Source of the DNA: an uncultured archaeon
GTDB lineage: Archaea; Thermoproteota; Bathyarchaeia; Bathyarchaeales; Bathycorpusculaceae
Direction: 5' to 3'
DNA: 64,000 nucleotides
Assembly: GCA_963810275.1 (NCBI GenBank)
Contig: CAWENF010000020.1
Location: forward strand, 1 to 64,000
Below the pieces are notes generated by a model. That model did not search any database. It was not told where the DNA came from and saw only the letters and a list, made by a program, of their open reading frames with translations. The number at the start of each line of letters is the position of its first letter. The stretch's first letter is position 1. Shown here in pieces: positions 41,456 through 50,813 of the stretch. Both the position numbers and the translations under genes were made by a program.

Positions 41456-42127
41456 TTGTATGATATGCGACGGGTAATCTTGGAACTCTCTGAAAAGGAA
41501 CTTATCAAAGCAGGCATAGAGTTACCTCCACTAAAAAAAATCAAGTCCCTAGAGCTCTTATATTTTCTTAGGCAAGACGACCAAGAATTCGCCGCCATCT
41601 CCAAAGTAGAATTCACAGACCCCAAAATTAACGTACAAGAGCTCCTTAAAGGTGGCTTACTCTTAGAAGCGCAGGTAATCGAGAAAGAAAAAAACGGTGC
41701 TTACATACTGTTCATACGCAGCGGCTCCCCAACCCTTTCCTCCGCTCTGAACTACATCGGCTTAGAAGGCGGCTATTTATTTCCTCCCTTAGGCATAGAA
41801 GAGGGCAAGGTGAAGTTCTCTTTTTTGGGTAGTGAACCTCAAATTAAAGATTTCATGGAAAAACTTGACGCCATCGGCATCCACTACCGCGTGGTGCTGC
41901 TAACAGACGCCAACTTTTCACCCATCTCGCCGCTTAGCCAGCTAACGGAGAAGCAGCAAGAAGTGCTGTTGGCGGCGTATAAAATGGGATACTATGATAT
42001 CCCACGCCGAGTTAACACAGAAGAGTTAGCCGCCAAGCTTGGGCTTGTGGATTCCACGGTGGTTGAGCATCTACGCAAAGCCGAACAACGCATTTTTAGG
42101 CACATAATGGAAAACAAAATGCACTAG
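41456..42127 (+). CDS. HTH_10 (bacterio-opsin activator-type) transcriptional regulator
   Basis: LTEKQQEVLLAAYKMGYYDIPRRVNTEELAAKLGL..STVVEHLRKAE. Confidence 0.92.
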   Translation: MYDMRRVILELSEKELIKAGIELPPLKKIKSLELLYFLRQDDQEFAAISKVEFTDPKINVQELLKGGLLLEAQVIEKEKNGAYILFIRSGSPTLSSALNYIGLEGGYLFPPLGIEEGKVKFSFLGSEPQIKDFMEKLDAIGIHYRVVLLTDANFSPISPLSQLTEKQQEVLLAAYKMGYYDIPRRVNTEELAAKLGLVDSTVVEHLRKAEQRIFRHIMENKMH

Positions 42128-42131
42128 CAGA

Positions 42132-42332
42132 TTAGCCTTCTTTTATTTCGACAGCTTGCCTGGGACACACTGCTGCGCATACTCCGCAACCGTGGCAGAG
42201 CCGCATATCCACCACTGCGGGTTCATCGTCGCCAATGCGGAAAACCGCTTTGATGGGACACTCTTTAGCGACGAGACATTTTTTACACATCTGGCATTTG
42301 GTGGCGTCGATAATCGCTTTCACAATAAGCAC
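42132..42332 (-). CDS. small 4Fe-4S ferredoxin-like protein
   Basis: CQMCKKC....CP and CHGCGVCAAVCP. Confidence 0.88.
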   Translation of the reverse strand: MLIVKAIIDATKCQMCKKCLVAKECPIKAVFRIGDDEPAVVDMRLCHGCGVCAAVCPRQAVEIKEG

Positions 42333-42399
42333 TCTTAGATTTCATAGAGTGATGTTACTTAATCAACATTTTCCATAGAAAAATGCGAAGTGATGGCGT

Positions 42400-43194
42400 T
42401 TAGGTGTCTTTTTTAGCATATTCTTTTAGCAGTTGCCTAAGAGTCTTGTGACAGCCACTGCACTCAAACATATGTGTGCCACAGCTTGGGCACCGCAGCT
42501 CCTCTTTTTCAAGCCGCTCAAGCAACTCCATCAACTCAAGCTTATTCTGCAAGTCCCCCTCCGACTCAGCAGCCTGAGTAGGCTGCTCCTCGACGGGTTT
42601 AGGAGGTTTTTCTTCTCGCACAATCTCCTGATAAACATGAGAAATACTGGTTTTCCCATCCCGCAACGCCTGCTTCTCATCCTCACTGGCTTTCTCCAAG
42701 ATTTTTTTTCCCCGCTCAAGTGTGCGTGTGGAAACACCGGCTTTTTTAGCCACAACCTCAGCTGCTTTAGCTTTGAGAAGCGGCTCAAGTTCTGACTCAG
42801 CGTCATCTGACGCTAACCCCAACTGTGCTTCGCGACCGTTTTTACCACCTTCTTTTTGCCGTTGCTTTGCAAGAGCTTTTTCGACTTCCAGTAGCGGAAC
42901 CGCCAACTCGACAAGCTGGAAGTTATTAAGATGTCGGCGTCTTAGGTTGGCTTCGATGACGAATTTTTTCTCAAGAAGTTTATCCTCGAACCGTTTAACT
43001 TCAAAATCGGGTTCAATATCCAGTTCGATGCATGCGCGGTAGCGGTGGTGACCATCTAAAACCACAAGGTCCTCGTTTACTATAATGGGGTAGTGTTGCC
43101 CTTCGGTACGTATGGATTCTTTTAGCTGAGCGAATTCTTCATCGGACATGCGAGGTAGGAGGCGGTCATATTCGGGTTTTAGGTTTAGGCTCAT
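42400..43194 (-). CDS. ParB/Srx N-terminal domain protein with HTH and C-terminal Zn finger
   Basis: LKESIRTEGQHYPIIV..VLDGHHRYRA, EANLRRRHL, HTH VAKKAGVSTRTLER, CPSC...CSGC. Confidence 0.85.
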   Translation of the reverse strand: MSLNLKPEYDRLLPRMSDEEFAQLKESIRTEGQHYPIIVNEDLVVLDGHHRYRACIELDIEPDFEVKRFEDKLLEKKFVIEANLRRRHLNNFQLVELAVPLLEVEKALAKQRQKEGGKNGREAQLGLASDDAESELEPLLKAKAAEVVAKKAGVSTRTLERGKKILEKASEDEKQALRDGKTSISHVYQEIVREEKPPKPVEEQPTQAAESEGDLQNKLELMELLERLEKEELRCPSCGTHMFECSGCHKTLRQLLKEYAKKDT

Positions 43195-43389
43195 TTGGAA
43201 GTCGCTCTTTTCTTTTGTTGTTTTTATTATTTAAGGTGACGGGTTAACCCTCAAAAAAGGGTGTTTTAGCCATGTACTTACTTGTAGGTACCCGCCAATA
43301 CAAGCTACATTCTGTCGTTTGTTTAACACCACAAGTATTATTAGATGGGTCGCCACTAAATTTCTAATTAGTCAAATTAAATCTCATCA

Positions 43390-43409
43390 TTGTAGGTATT
43401 AACCTACAA
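43390..43409. promoter_or_regulatory. inverted repeat TTGTAGGT-atta-ACCTACAA (third half-site at 43282-43289)
   Basis: Read directly from the sequence; lies between the divergent parB-like gene and dnaG. Confidence 0.55.
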
Positions 43410-43463
43410 AGTGCGATTAACATCAATCAAAAATAATAAATAATTTACAGGAGAGTCACACTT

Positions 43464-44666
43464 ACGGGAACATCCCAAACCTTTACGATAAAGTACGTTG
43501 TACACGCTAAATTTGATATTGAAGGAGTAGTTGAAAAACCCGACGTCATAGGGGCAGTTTTCGGGCAAACGGAAGGTCTTTTCGGACCCGATTTGGATCT
43601 GCGCGAACTGCAGAAAACTGGACGCATCGGCAGAATCGAAATTGATTTGCATTCTAAAAACGACCGCACACACGGCGCTATCACTATACCCACCAGCCTT
43701 GACCGCGTATCAACAGCACTCATCGCAGCGAGTGTAGAGAGCATAAATCGCGTCGGACCCTGCAGCGCCAGAGTCATTCTCGAACGCATCGAAGACATCC
43801 GCGAAGCCCGCCGAAAAATCATCATCGACCGCGCCAAAGAAATCCTTCATAAATGGAACATCGAATCCATGCCAAGCGTCGATGAAGTCTACAAAGAAAT
43901 CAGTGAAACAATGAAAGTCGGCAAAGTCGAAAAATACGGACCTGAAGACCTCCCTGCAGGTCCTGGCTTAGAAGGCTCCAAAGAAATATTCGTTGTTGAA
44001 GGACGCGCAGACATCATAAACCTCATGCGCTGCGGCATTTTTAACACGGTTGCGTTGGAAGGCGCAAAAGTCCCAGACTCAATCCGCAAAATCACCAAAG
44101 AACGCCTCGCCACGGCACTCTTAGACGGCGACAGAGGCGGCGACCTAATCCAAAAAGAACTCCTCCAAGTCACCAACGTCAAATTCGTCGGCCGCGCACC
44201 ACGAGGCAAAGAAATTGAGGAATGCAATTGTAAAGAAATCCAGGAAGCCATCGATGGCAAACTTTCTGTTGCCGAGCTAAAAGAAGGCGGCGGCAAACCG
44301 CAGCTGGCATCCCCTCCGCAGCCGCCGGCACCCAAAAAGGTGACTGCCCCAGAGCGCCCCAAAATCGAGGTCCCAGACAGCGTCATCCAAGCAGCCAAAG
44401 CACTTGTTGGCACACTCGAAGCGGTGCTGTTAAACGACAAACTTGAACTCATTGAGCGCCTACCAGTAAGTCAGCTTGCAGAGAAACTCCAGCAAATCTC
44501 AGACGTCAACACAGTTGTGTTTGACGGCATCATCACCCAGCGCATTGTAGACATAGCGGGGGAAAAAGCCATAAAACGAATTGTCGCTTCCCGTGTGTCT
44601 GAAGCAGTCAAACCCGCAACAAACGTGGAACTCCTAACTTTCCAAAAAATTATACCCCCCAGTTAG
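43464..44666 (+). CDS. dnaG: archaeal DnaG (primase / exosome-associated); apparent ACG start
   Basis: The conserved N-terminus TIKYVVHAKFDIEGVVEKPDVIGAVFGQTEGL is in frame upstream of track ORF 43593; TOPRIM motifs VEGRAD and DGDRGG. Confidence 0.95.
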   Translation, partial: TGTSQTFTIKYVVHAKFDIEGVVEKPDVIGAVFGQTEGLFGPDLDLRELQKTGRIGRIEIDLHSKNDRTHGAITIPTSLDRVSTALIAASVESINRVGPCSARVILERIEDIREARRKIIIDRAKEILHKWNIESMPSVDEVYKEISETMKVGKVEKYGPEDLPAGPGLEGSKEIFVVEGRADIINLMRCGIFNTVALEGAKVPDSIRKITKERLATALLDGDRGGDLIQKELLQVTNVKFVGRAPRGKEIEECNCKEIQEAIDGKLSVAELKEGGGKPQLASPPQPPAPKKVTAPERPKIEVPDSVIQAAKALVGTLEAVLLNDKLELIERLPVSQLAEKLQQISDVNTVVFDGIITQRIVDIAGEKAIKRIVASRVSEAVKPATNVELLTFQKIIPPS

Positions 44667-47038
44667 AAGTAGTCTGTTAGGCTCTTTTCCTCTGCTTTTT
44701 TTGTTTCTTTTCTATGCAGTTCATTTTGGGATACTTTGAAGAACGAGAGTATCCGTGCTGCGACGGGCAGTATTTGGTTAGTTACATAGTAGTCCACGTC
44801 CACATCAACCAAATCAGCAAAGATATAAGGTCTCACGCGGCTATACAACCTGCCTTTACCTGACAAAATCACGTATCCTACTTTGTCACCTGCTCCCAGC
44901 TGCCAGCCTCGCTCGATTAGCTGCTTTGCCGCTTCAACGTGGGGTGCTTTGATTGCGTACTGTTGCGGCGGCTTAGTCAAAGTTTTCCAAATAATCAAAT
45001 TCGCTATGGACACTTTACGGTTGCGCAAGCTAGTTACAACTTTGTGGACATACTCCATGGCTTTTTCCGGCGATTGCTCCCGCAGGATTATCTCCAAGAC
45101 ATGCTCTTGGACTTGTTTAGCAACCTCAGCCCAATCGCCCCGAATAACCTCTAACCCAACGAAATCCAGGCTGCCGTCCACCCGCAGTCCTGCGTAGCGT
45201 TTTTTGGCTTCAGTAAAGAAGATGCGTTTGTATACTGCACCGACTTCAACGTCCAATTTGAGTTCAGCTTTAATCTTTTCTTGAAGTTTATGGGCTTTGG
45301 CGGGTTCGTATTTTATGAATAAACTGTCGGTGTCACCATAAATCACCTCGACGCCATCGTCTTTTGCCATCTGCGCCGCCGAAAGGATTATGTGGCGTCC
45401 CCAAGCGGAGGCTGCTTCAGCCACGGGCTTGAGGTACCAGCGTGCGCCCACCCAGCCGGCGTAGCCGTAGGCGGCGTTGGTTAGGATTTTTACTGCTTTC
45501 TGCCGTGCATCCAGAACTCGAAACTCCACGCCTCTGTTACTTAGTTGCTTCATTTTGCGTCGAACTTCATCGCGCACCTCGATTAGGTAGCTAAGCGCCT
45601 GTTTGAAGAATCCATCCGGAGCTTTACGAAATTTGTATCCAACTTCGGGCGCAACGTAGACTCCGCCTTCTGGTTCTGGGCTGCCCGGCTGCACATAAGT
45701 GTCGGGGGAAAGGTTGTAGGTTATCATGATGTTTGGGTACATTGATTTGAAGTCCAACACCGCAATATTGTCGTGTAAGCCTGGGGTGGGTGTGAGCACT
45801 AATCCGCCTGTGTATGTCTGGTAGATTTGCTCCATTCGCCGGGGAATCAACTCACCTGTTTTTTGCGCTCGACTAATTAGGTACCATTCAACTCGGAAGC
45901 CAAAAGCTGCAGTCATAACGTGGTCCAATGGCAGACTGGTCAGCACAGAGAGTTGCATCGCCAAATCCATAAGCAGCCACGCAACCGCAAGGGTTTCCCG
46001 TGCCGAATCCAACCCGAACTCAAGCAACTCAGGGCGTTTTTCAGGGTTATCCCACCAATCCGCAAAATGCAAGTCCTCGACAGGCGGGTTTTTCGCACTT
46101 ACTTCAAGGTAGGCGGCGAGATTTGGGAGAGTTTTGACTTTGACTTCGGGAAACAAGTCAGCGAAATCAGCTAAGTCCAAGTTTGTGATTCCTGTTGTGG
46201 AGATATGTCCGTAGACGCTGGTGTGAGGCTCCGAAGCATTGCGGTCAAAGTCGAGTTTGAGTTTGTGGATGTGGCAACGCTTTTTAAGGTAATTCCAGTC
46301 TGACGTATTGGCGCCGTAGGCAACGATGACATCGGGGTCGTACTCTTTAATGTAAATGGTAAAGGCTTCAAGCAGCTCCCTGTCGTTTCCGTAGTCGCCG
46401 AGCATGAACTGTTTTTCTTCCCCGCTGTCCGTTACTGTAGAGATAACCATGACGGGATTTCGGTCTGGTTGGGGGGTGCCTTCGTGGCTGTAACCCATCA
46501 AATGAAACGTCAGCACTCGAAGCGGCGGCGCAACCTCTTCCTCAACTGTGCGTTTCGGCGGCGACTCTGCACTGTACATTCCATCCACCCGCGCCGCTCC
46601 AGCGTCGACTACCTCTGCGGCTTCGATTGCTACCCAGCTGCAAGGGGCTATGCCGTTGTCGATGAGGTACCGCATAGAGGGGCGAATGTCGTCTTCGAGA
46701 CAGTCGTCCACGCCATCTATTTTTCGGATGAGTTTAGCCAGTTTAGATGCTGCTTGGGGGTCTTTGACGGTTATTTTTATGGCTGAGACGGGTTTACCGA
46801 AGAATCTACGAGAAACAGTCTCCGTCGACGCAACCAAATCATAATGCCCAGAGAGGATTTCTTGGGCGACTTTGTTTGGGTCTGCACCTCCATGAAGTAC
46901 CGCATAGAAGTATGCGGTAAAGCCTCGGTCCACAATAAGCACTCGGCTACCTGAGTGAGTTATACCCCAGAGTTGTAGCTCAAAAGCGCCATCGTCTGCT
47001 TTGTGGTTGACGTCAAGGAGCCAAAAAACAAGATTCAC
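44663..47038 (-). CDS. polB: family B DNA polymerase (PolB3-like) with degenerate exonuclease motifs
   Basis: DFKSMYPNIM, KILTNAAYGY, YGDTDS, KKRY; PIP-like C-terminus KSLTDYF. Confidence 0.95.
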   Translation of the reverse strand: MNLVFWLLDVNHKADDGAFELQLWGITHSGSRVLIVDRGFTAYFYAVLHGGADPNKVAQEILSGHYDLVASTETVSRRFFGKPVSAIKITVKDPQAASKLAKLIRKIDGVDDCLEDDIRPSMRYLIDNGIAPCSWVAIEAAEVVDAGAARVDGMYSAESPPKRTVEEEVAPPLRVLTFHLMGYSHEGTPQPDRNPVMVISTVTDSGEEKQFMLGDYGNDRELLEAFTIYIKEYDPDVIVAYGANTSDWNYLKKRCHIHKLKLDFDRNASEPHTSVYGHISTTGITNLDLADFADLFPEVKVKTLPNLAAYLEVSAKNPPVEDLHFADWWDNPEKRPELLEFGLDSARETLAVAWLLMDLAMQLSVLTSLPLDHVMTAAFGFRVEWYLISRAQKTGELIPRRMEQIYQTYTGGLVLTPTPGLHDNIAVLDFKSMYPNIMITYNLSPDTYVQPGSPEPEGGVYVAPEVGYKFRKAPDGFFKQALSYLIEVRDEVRRKMKQLSNRGVEFRVLDARQKAVKILTNAAYGYAGWVGARWYLKPVAEAASAWGRHIILSAAQMAKDDGVEVIYGDTDSLFIKYEPAKAHKLQEKIKAELKLDVEVGAVYKRIFFTEAKKRYAGLRVDGSLDFVGLEVIRGDWAEVAKQVQEHVLEIILREQSPEKAMEYVHKVVTSLRNRKVSIANLIIWKTLTKPPQQYAIKAPHVEAAKQLIERGWQLGAGDKVGYVILSGKGRLYSRVRPYIFADLVDVDVDYYVTNQILPVAARILSFFKVSQNELHRKETKKAEEKSLTDYF

Positions 47039-47270
47039 AGCTCATACCATTTAATCAATGGGCAGAGGTGACTTTTAACCTTTAATTGGATGTCAGCGGG
47101 TGAGTTACATTTTTTTATTTTGCACCGGCAAGCAGCCCGCAAAACCCAGCCAGACGCCAAAATAAAATTGTCGGTTATTCTCGAGTTATAGGAATATAAT
47201 AGAGGAGGATTCTTGTCTTCTTAAACTAAAAAAATAAAAATGGGTTGGAGAACAACAGTTATCTGATTGC

Positions 47271-49310
47271 CTAAATGAGAGGTACCTCGGCTATTTGCGA
47301 CAGGCCGCTTAAGCTATTTAGTTTTACTTCGCCTGCCGAAACAGTGTAAAGCACATTGCCGATGTATAACGATCGAGTTACCCAGTTGTTTATTGTCGAG
47401 TAGTAGTCTTCGGTGTTCTTCAAGTTGCCGTCGCTACCAAGCAATGCGGGGTCAAGGTGGCTAATTCTGTCCTGTAAAGTGAATCCACCATCAACGCTCA
47501 AGCTGTAAACATATACCCCCTGCCAAACTGTCTGCCCATAAGCTGATGCACCGTACTGTCGGCTTTGCTCAGGCACTAACGCCAAGCTCAAGGGCACCAC
47601 CAGTAGGTTTCTTGATTTGTCAAAAAGAAACGCATGCGGATCAGTGAGCGCCAAGGAATCGGAACCGCGGTCGCCGATAGTCACGTTAGCAAGCTGTATG
47701 GGGTTGCTCACGTCTCCCACGTCAAATAGTGACAGCTTCAAACCCTGATACCACGCAAAGTCGCCTTCTTCAGCCTCTAAGGCCTCTTTGCCCAAGCCGA
47801 TTAGGTGGGTTTCGTCGTATGGATGCAGATAGTCGGAGTAACCGGGGATTTTAAGTTCGCCAAGCACGGTGGGGTTTCTGGGTTGGCTAAGGTCAATTAC
47901 GAATAACGGGTCAGTTTTCTGATAGGTGACGAGGTAGCATTTGTCTCCCATGAACCGTACCGCGTGGAGGTTCTCGTTTTGCGCCAACCCTTCCAGTTTA
48001 CCCACAACAGAGAGGTCCAAGTTAAGAGCATAAACGTTGTTAACTTGTCCCCCTTCAATGCTGTACCAGTTGGTAGCCACCCGGAGGACACCGTTGTACT
48101 CGTCCATTGAGTATTGGTTTATGGTGTTGCCGGGCACGCTGCCTTCCGCTTCAAAAAGCAGCTGTAAACCATCAATGGCTACACGGTAAATCGAAGTGTA
48201 GGAGCCACTATCTGGTTCCCAGTTTGGGTAAGTAATATACATGTTGTCAGCGGAAACGTACATTGTGGATGCACCTCCCATCATTACTGTCATGTTAGTC
48301 GCTGCAACATTGTCGTTTGCCAGATCTAACCCGTAGAAACTTGTGAAGCTAAAGCTGCTGTCGTTCATATCAGCGTAATAGATGCTGCTGGGCGCCGCGG
48401 AATAGCTGTTTTTGTTTTCGTAAACTGTGGGCAGCGAAACCACGCCGTTGTACACCCAAGCAGTTTGGCTTACAACAGCATATATGTCGTCTCCGATCAT
48501 GCGACTGTTGAAGTAGCTACCCGATGCAGTAAAGTTACGAGTTAAAACAGGGGCTATCTTATCTGACACATCGTAAATGTTGATATACGTGTAGACGTCG
48601 GCTTGGTAGTAAGGCATAATCAAAGGGTCCTCCCCGCCCATCAAGCTAGCGCCGTTATTGGCGAATTGATATTTGGATGCAATTACCGCGAGTTTGTTGC
48701 CGTCGCTGCTAAGGTATAATCCTGCGGGCTGCGTGTCGTTACCCATCTCAATCTTTGAAACAACATGAGCATTCTGGGGGTCAGCGTCTACTATGTATAC
48801 GACATTTAGGTTTTGGGCTTGTGAAGTGGAGTAGTAAAAGATGCTGTTTGGGACTGTGTTGGAGATGGTGTATAGGTAGTGACCGTCGGTTTTTACGGTG
48901 TCGGCTTCGTCAACGCCGGCAACTTGAATGTTGGTACCTGAATAATCCGAAGCATCACTTTGCTGGGAAGTATAGCTACTAGTTTCACCTAAACCAAGGA
49001 AGCCTTCAATCCCTGAAGTCACCTGTGCAGGAACAGGGGCAGGTCCGCTGCCAAAAAACTTGCTATCCAGTGGTCCCCTGCTTGCGCCGTAACCCTGCTG
49101 GTTAGCGGTGAGGTAATCTATGATTTGCTGGTTAGACGAAAAAGTTTTCATCCCCCCAACTGTAGGAGATTGAGAAGGCGGAAAAACCGTGGGGACTGCA
49201 CCAAAAACGTAAATCACACTTACAAGCATAACGGCACTTAGTACCGCTGCAATTGCATACTTGCCTGTTTTGTTTTTAACTTCACGTTGAACCATACACC
49301 TTTTCTCCAA
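47271..49310 (-). CDS. secreted/anchored beta-propeller domain protein
   Basis: TNIQVAGVDEADTVKTDG, NQYSMDEY, VRFMGD, TDPLFVIDL, GELKIPGYSDYLHP. Confidence 0.88.
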   Translation of the reverse strand: MEKRCMVQREVKNKTGKYAIAAVLSAVMLVSVIYVFGAVPTVFPPSQSPTVGGMKTFSSNQQIIDYLTANQQGYGASRGPLDSKFFGSGPAPVPAQVTSGIEGFLGLGETSSYTSQQSDASDYSGTNIQVAGVDEADTVKTDGHYLYTISNTVPNSIFYYSTSQAQNLNVVYIVDADPQNAHVVSKIEMGNDTQPAGLYLSSDGNKLAVIASKYQFANNGASLMGGEDPLIMPYYQADVYTYINIYDVSDKIAPVLTRNFTASGSYFNSRMIGDDIYAVVSQTAWVYNGVVSLPTVYENKNSYSAAPSSIYYADMNDSSFSFTSFYGLDLANDNVAATNMTVMMGGASTMYVSADNMYITYPNWEPDSGSYTSIYRVAIDGLQLLFEAEGSVPGNTINQYSMDEYNGVLRVATNWYSIEGGQVNNVYALNLDLSVVGKLEGLAQNENLHAVRFMGDKCYLVTYQKTDPLFVIDLSQPRNPTVLGELKIPGYSDYLHPYDETHLIGLGKEALEAEEGDFAWYQGLKLSLFDVGDVSNPIQLANVTIGDRGSDSLALTDPHAFLFDKSRNLLVVPLSLALVPEQSRQYGASAYGQTVWQGVYVYSLSVDGGFTLQDRISHLDPALLGSDGNLKNTEDYYSTINNWVTRSLYIGNVLYTVSAGEVKLNSLSGLSQIAEVPLI

Positions 49311-49350
49311 TCTACCTAATGCACACTTTTTTATTTGATGCTAAGCCCAC

Positions 49351-49363
49351 GAACACATTGTTC
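49351..49363. promoter_or_regulatory. inverted repeat GAACA-cat-TGTTC upstream of the beta-propeller gene
   Basis: Read directly; about 15 nt upstream of an A-rich TATA-like box on the minus strand. Confidence 0.4.
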
Positions 49364-49369
49364 TACTTT

Positions 49370-49816
49370 TTAGAATGGCCTCATACCCCAAATACGGTAA
49401 GCCTCATACCAGAAAACCGCGCATACGATACCACCAAACAAGATTATGAAAAGATTATCTCGAGTAAAACTGTGAACCATAATCGCCAAGTATAACCCGT
49501 AAAATACCGACGAGAACAACGCGTAGAAGAAGAACCGGGGGAAAAGCAACTTACCCAGCTTTACGTAATGTCTAAGCACGCCGATTTTCACTTCCCCAAC
49601 CAACGCATAATGCCCACCTACCTCTTGCTTCTCTACCAAACCTAACTCACGAAGCTGCTCAAGATGGTGAAAAGCTATGCTTGGACTGCTAAAGTGCAGG
49701 GAACGTTGGACTTCTCTGACGCCGACGGGATTGCCGTTTTTGAGTAGGAACCAGTACACTTTCCAAGCCTTGCCGCGCAAAGCGTATTCTAAGTCTGTTT
49801 CGCTGTTTGGGGTCAA
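49370..49816 (-). CDS. winged-helix regulator with two C-terminal TM helices
   Basis: GVREVQRSLHFSSPSIAFHHLEQLRELGLVEK wHTH followed by two hydrophobic helices. Confidence 0.85.
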   Translation of the reverse strand: MTPNSETDLEYALRGKAWKVYWFLLKNGNPVGVREVQRSLHFSSPSIAFHHLEQLRELGLVEKQEVGGHYALVGEVKIGVLRHYVKLGKLLFPRFFFYALFSSVFYGLYLAIMVHSFTRDNLFIILFGGIVCAVFWYEAYRIWGMRPF

Positions 49817-49840
49817 CGGATGGGGCTCTCCGTATCAATA

Positions 49841-49899
49841 TCAGGTCATGGAACATATAAGTCCAGTCATTAGAACAGCCGTCAGTCAAACGGAGAACA
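49841..49899. repeat. three phased CAG(G)TCA-Nx-GAACA direct repeats
   Basis: GAACA at 49851, 49873 and 49895 (22-bp spacing). Confidence 0.5.
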
Positions 49900-49910
49900 A
49901 AAAAGGCTGG

Positions 49911-50042
49911 CTAGTGTCCGCTGTGAGTAAACAGAATCTTCATCCCACATTTTGGGCATTGATGGTAAATCAGTCTGCCCTCTTTGTCATACACAGGTTT
50001 CATATCCTCGTAGCAATCAGGGCATAATCGAGGCTCATTCAT
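49911..50042 (-). CDS. 43-aa CPxCG zinc-ribbon microprotein (not in ORF track)
   Basis: MNEPRLCPDCYEDMKPVYDKEGRLIYHQCPKCGMKILFTHSGH. Confidence 0.7.
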   Translation of the reverse strand: MNEPRLCPDCYEDMKPVYDKEGRLIYHQCPKCGMKILFTHSGH

Positions 50043-50249
50043 AGTTAATCACAAAAACATACTATTGCGCTCCAAATAACCATTACGAAAACCCACAGTT
50101 TAAAGGACATCTATATGCCACAGTCTCTATAAGTTAAATCGATTTAGAGTCATCAGGTAACATATTTCTTTTTTGCGAGGTTTACTTTTGCAAGCGATTT
50201 TTAACTAAAAAAACGTAGATTAACTCTAAAAAATGTTTAATTTTTACAG

Positions 50250-50770
50250 GCAACCTTGCTTTTACTTTCCAGTCTCACCATGGTTTTGAATCAAAACTGC
50301 GTTAAAGCCGACAATGTACTGTTTTTTCCGATAATTTCTTCAAATCAGGCAACATCAACGTATGGCAAACCAAATCTCCTAGTTCATGCGTCACAGCCTC
50401 AGTCAGTCCAAAACTGTCTACAATGGCGCCTACGCATTTAAGGTGGCAACGGCTAAAGGTGCAGGCAAAAGCAAAATATGCCTCTAAAAAGACTTGGGTA
50501 CAGTCTACAGTTCCCTCAACGCAATAATCTACATCAAACTAAGCGCTCAACCGAAAGTAGACGATAATTTAGAAGTTTTAGGGTTCACCGCGGAGGATGG
50601 CTGACAAAACGCTCGCTTAATCTCCCCGACTACAGCGCCCAGGTCAAACAAGTTATAGTTTGGATGGTGAACTTGGTTTGACAGGGTTAAGCTGGGTTTG
50701 GATTGATTCAAGTTTCATGGCTGCGTCGACGGTGCCTTGCTGGCTCTATTCGAGAAAACCGCTGTTAAGA
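50250..50770 (+). pseudogene. possible decayed secreted-protein gene
   Basis: Signal-peptide-like start (LLLLSSLTMVL..VKAD) followed by coding-like fragments broken by stops and frameshifts. Confidence 0.3.
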
Positions 50771-50813
50771 TTTAAGCAAGGTTAAATTCGATAAAAAGAA
50801 GAAAGAAAAGGTT

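Noticed and set aside
43195-43460. Canonical ORB-type replication origin
   Set aside because: No TTCCAxTGGAAA/G-string ORB and no cdc6/orc1 in the window.
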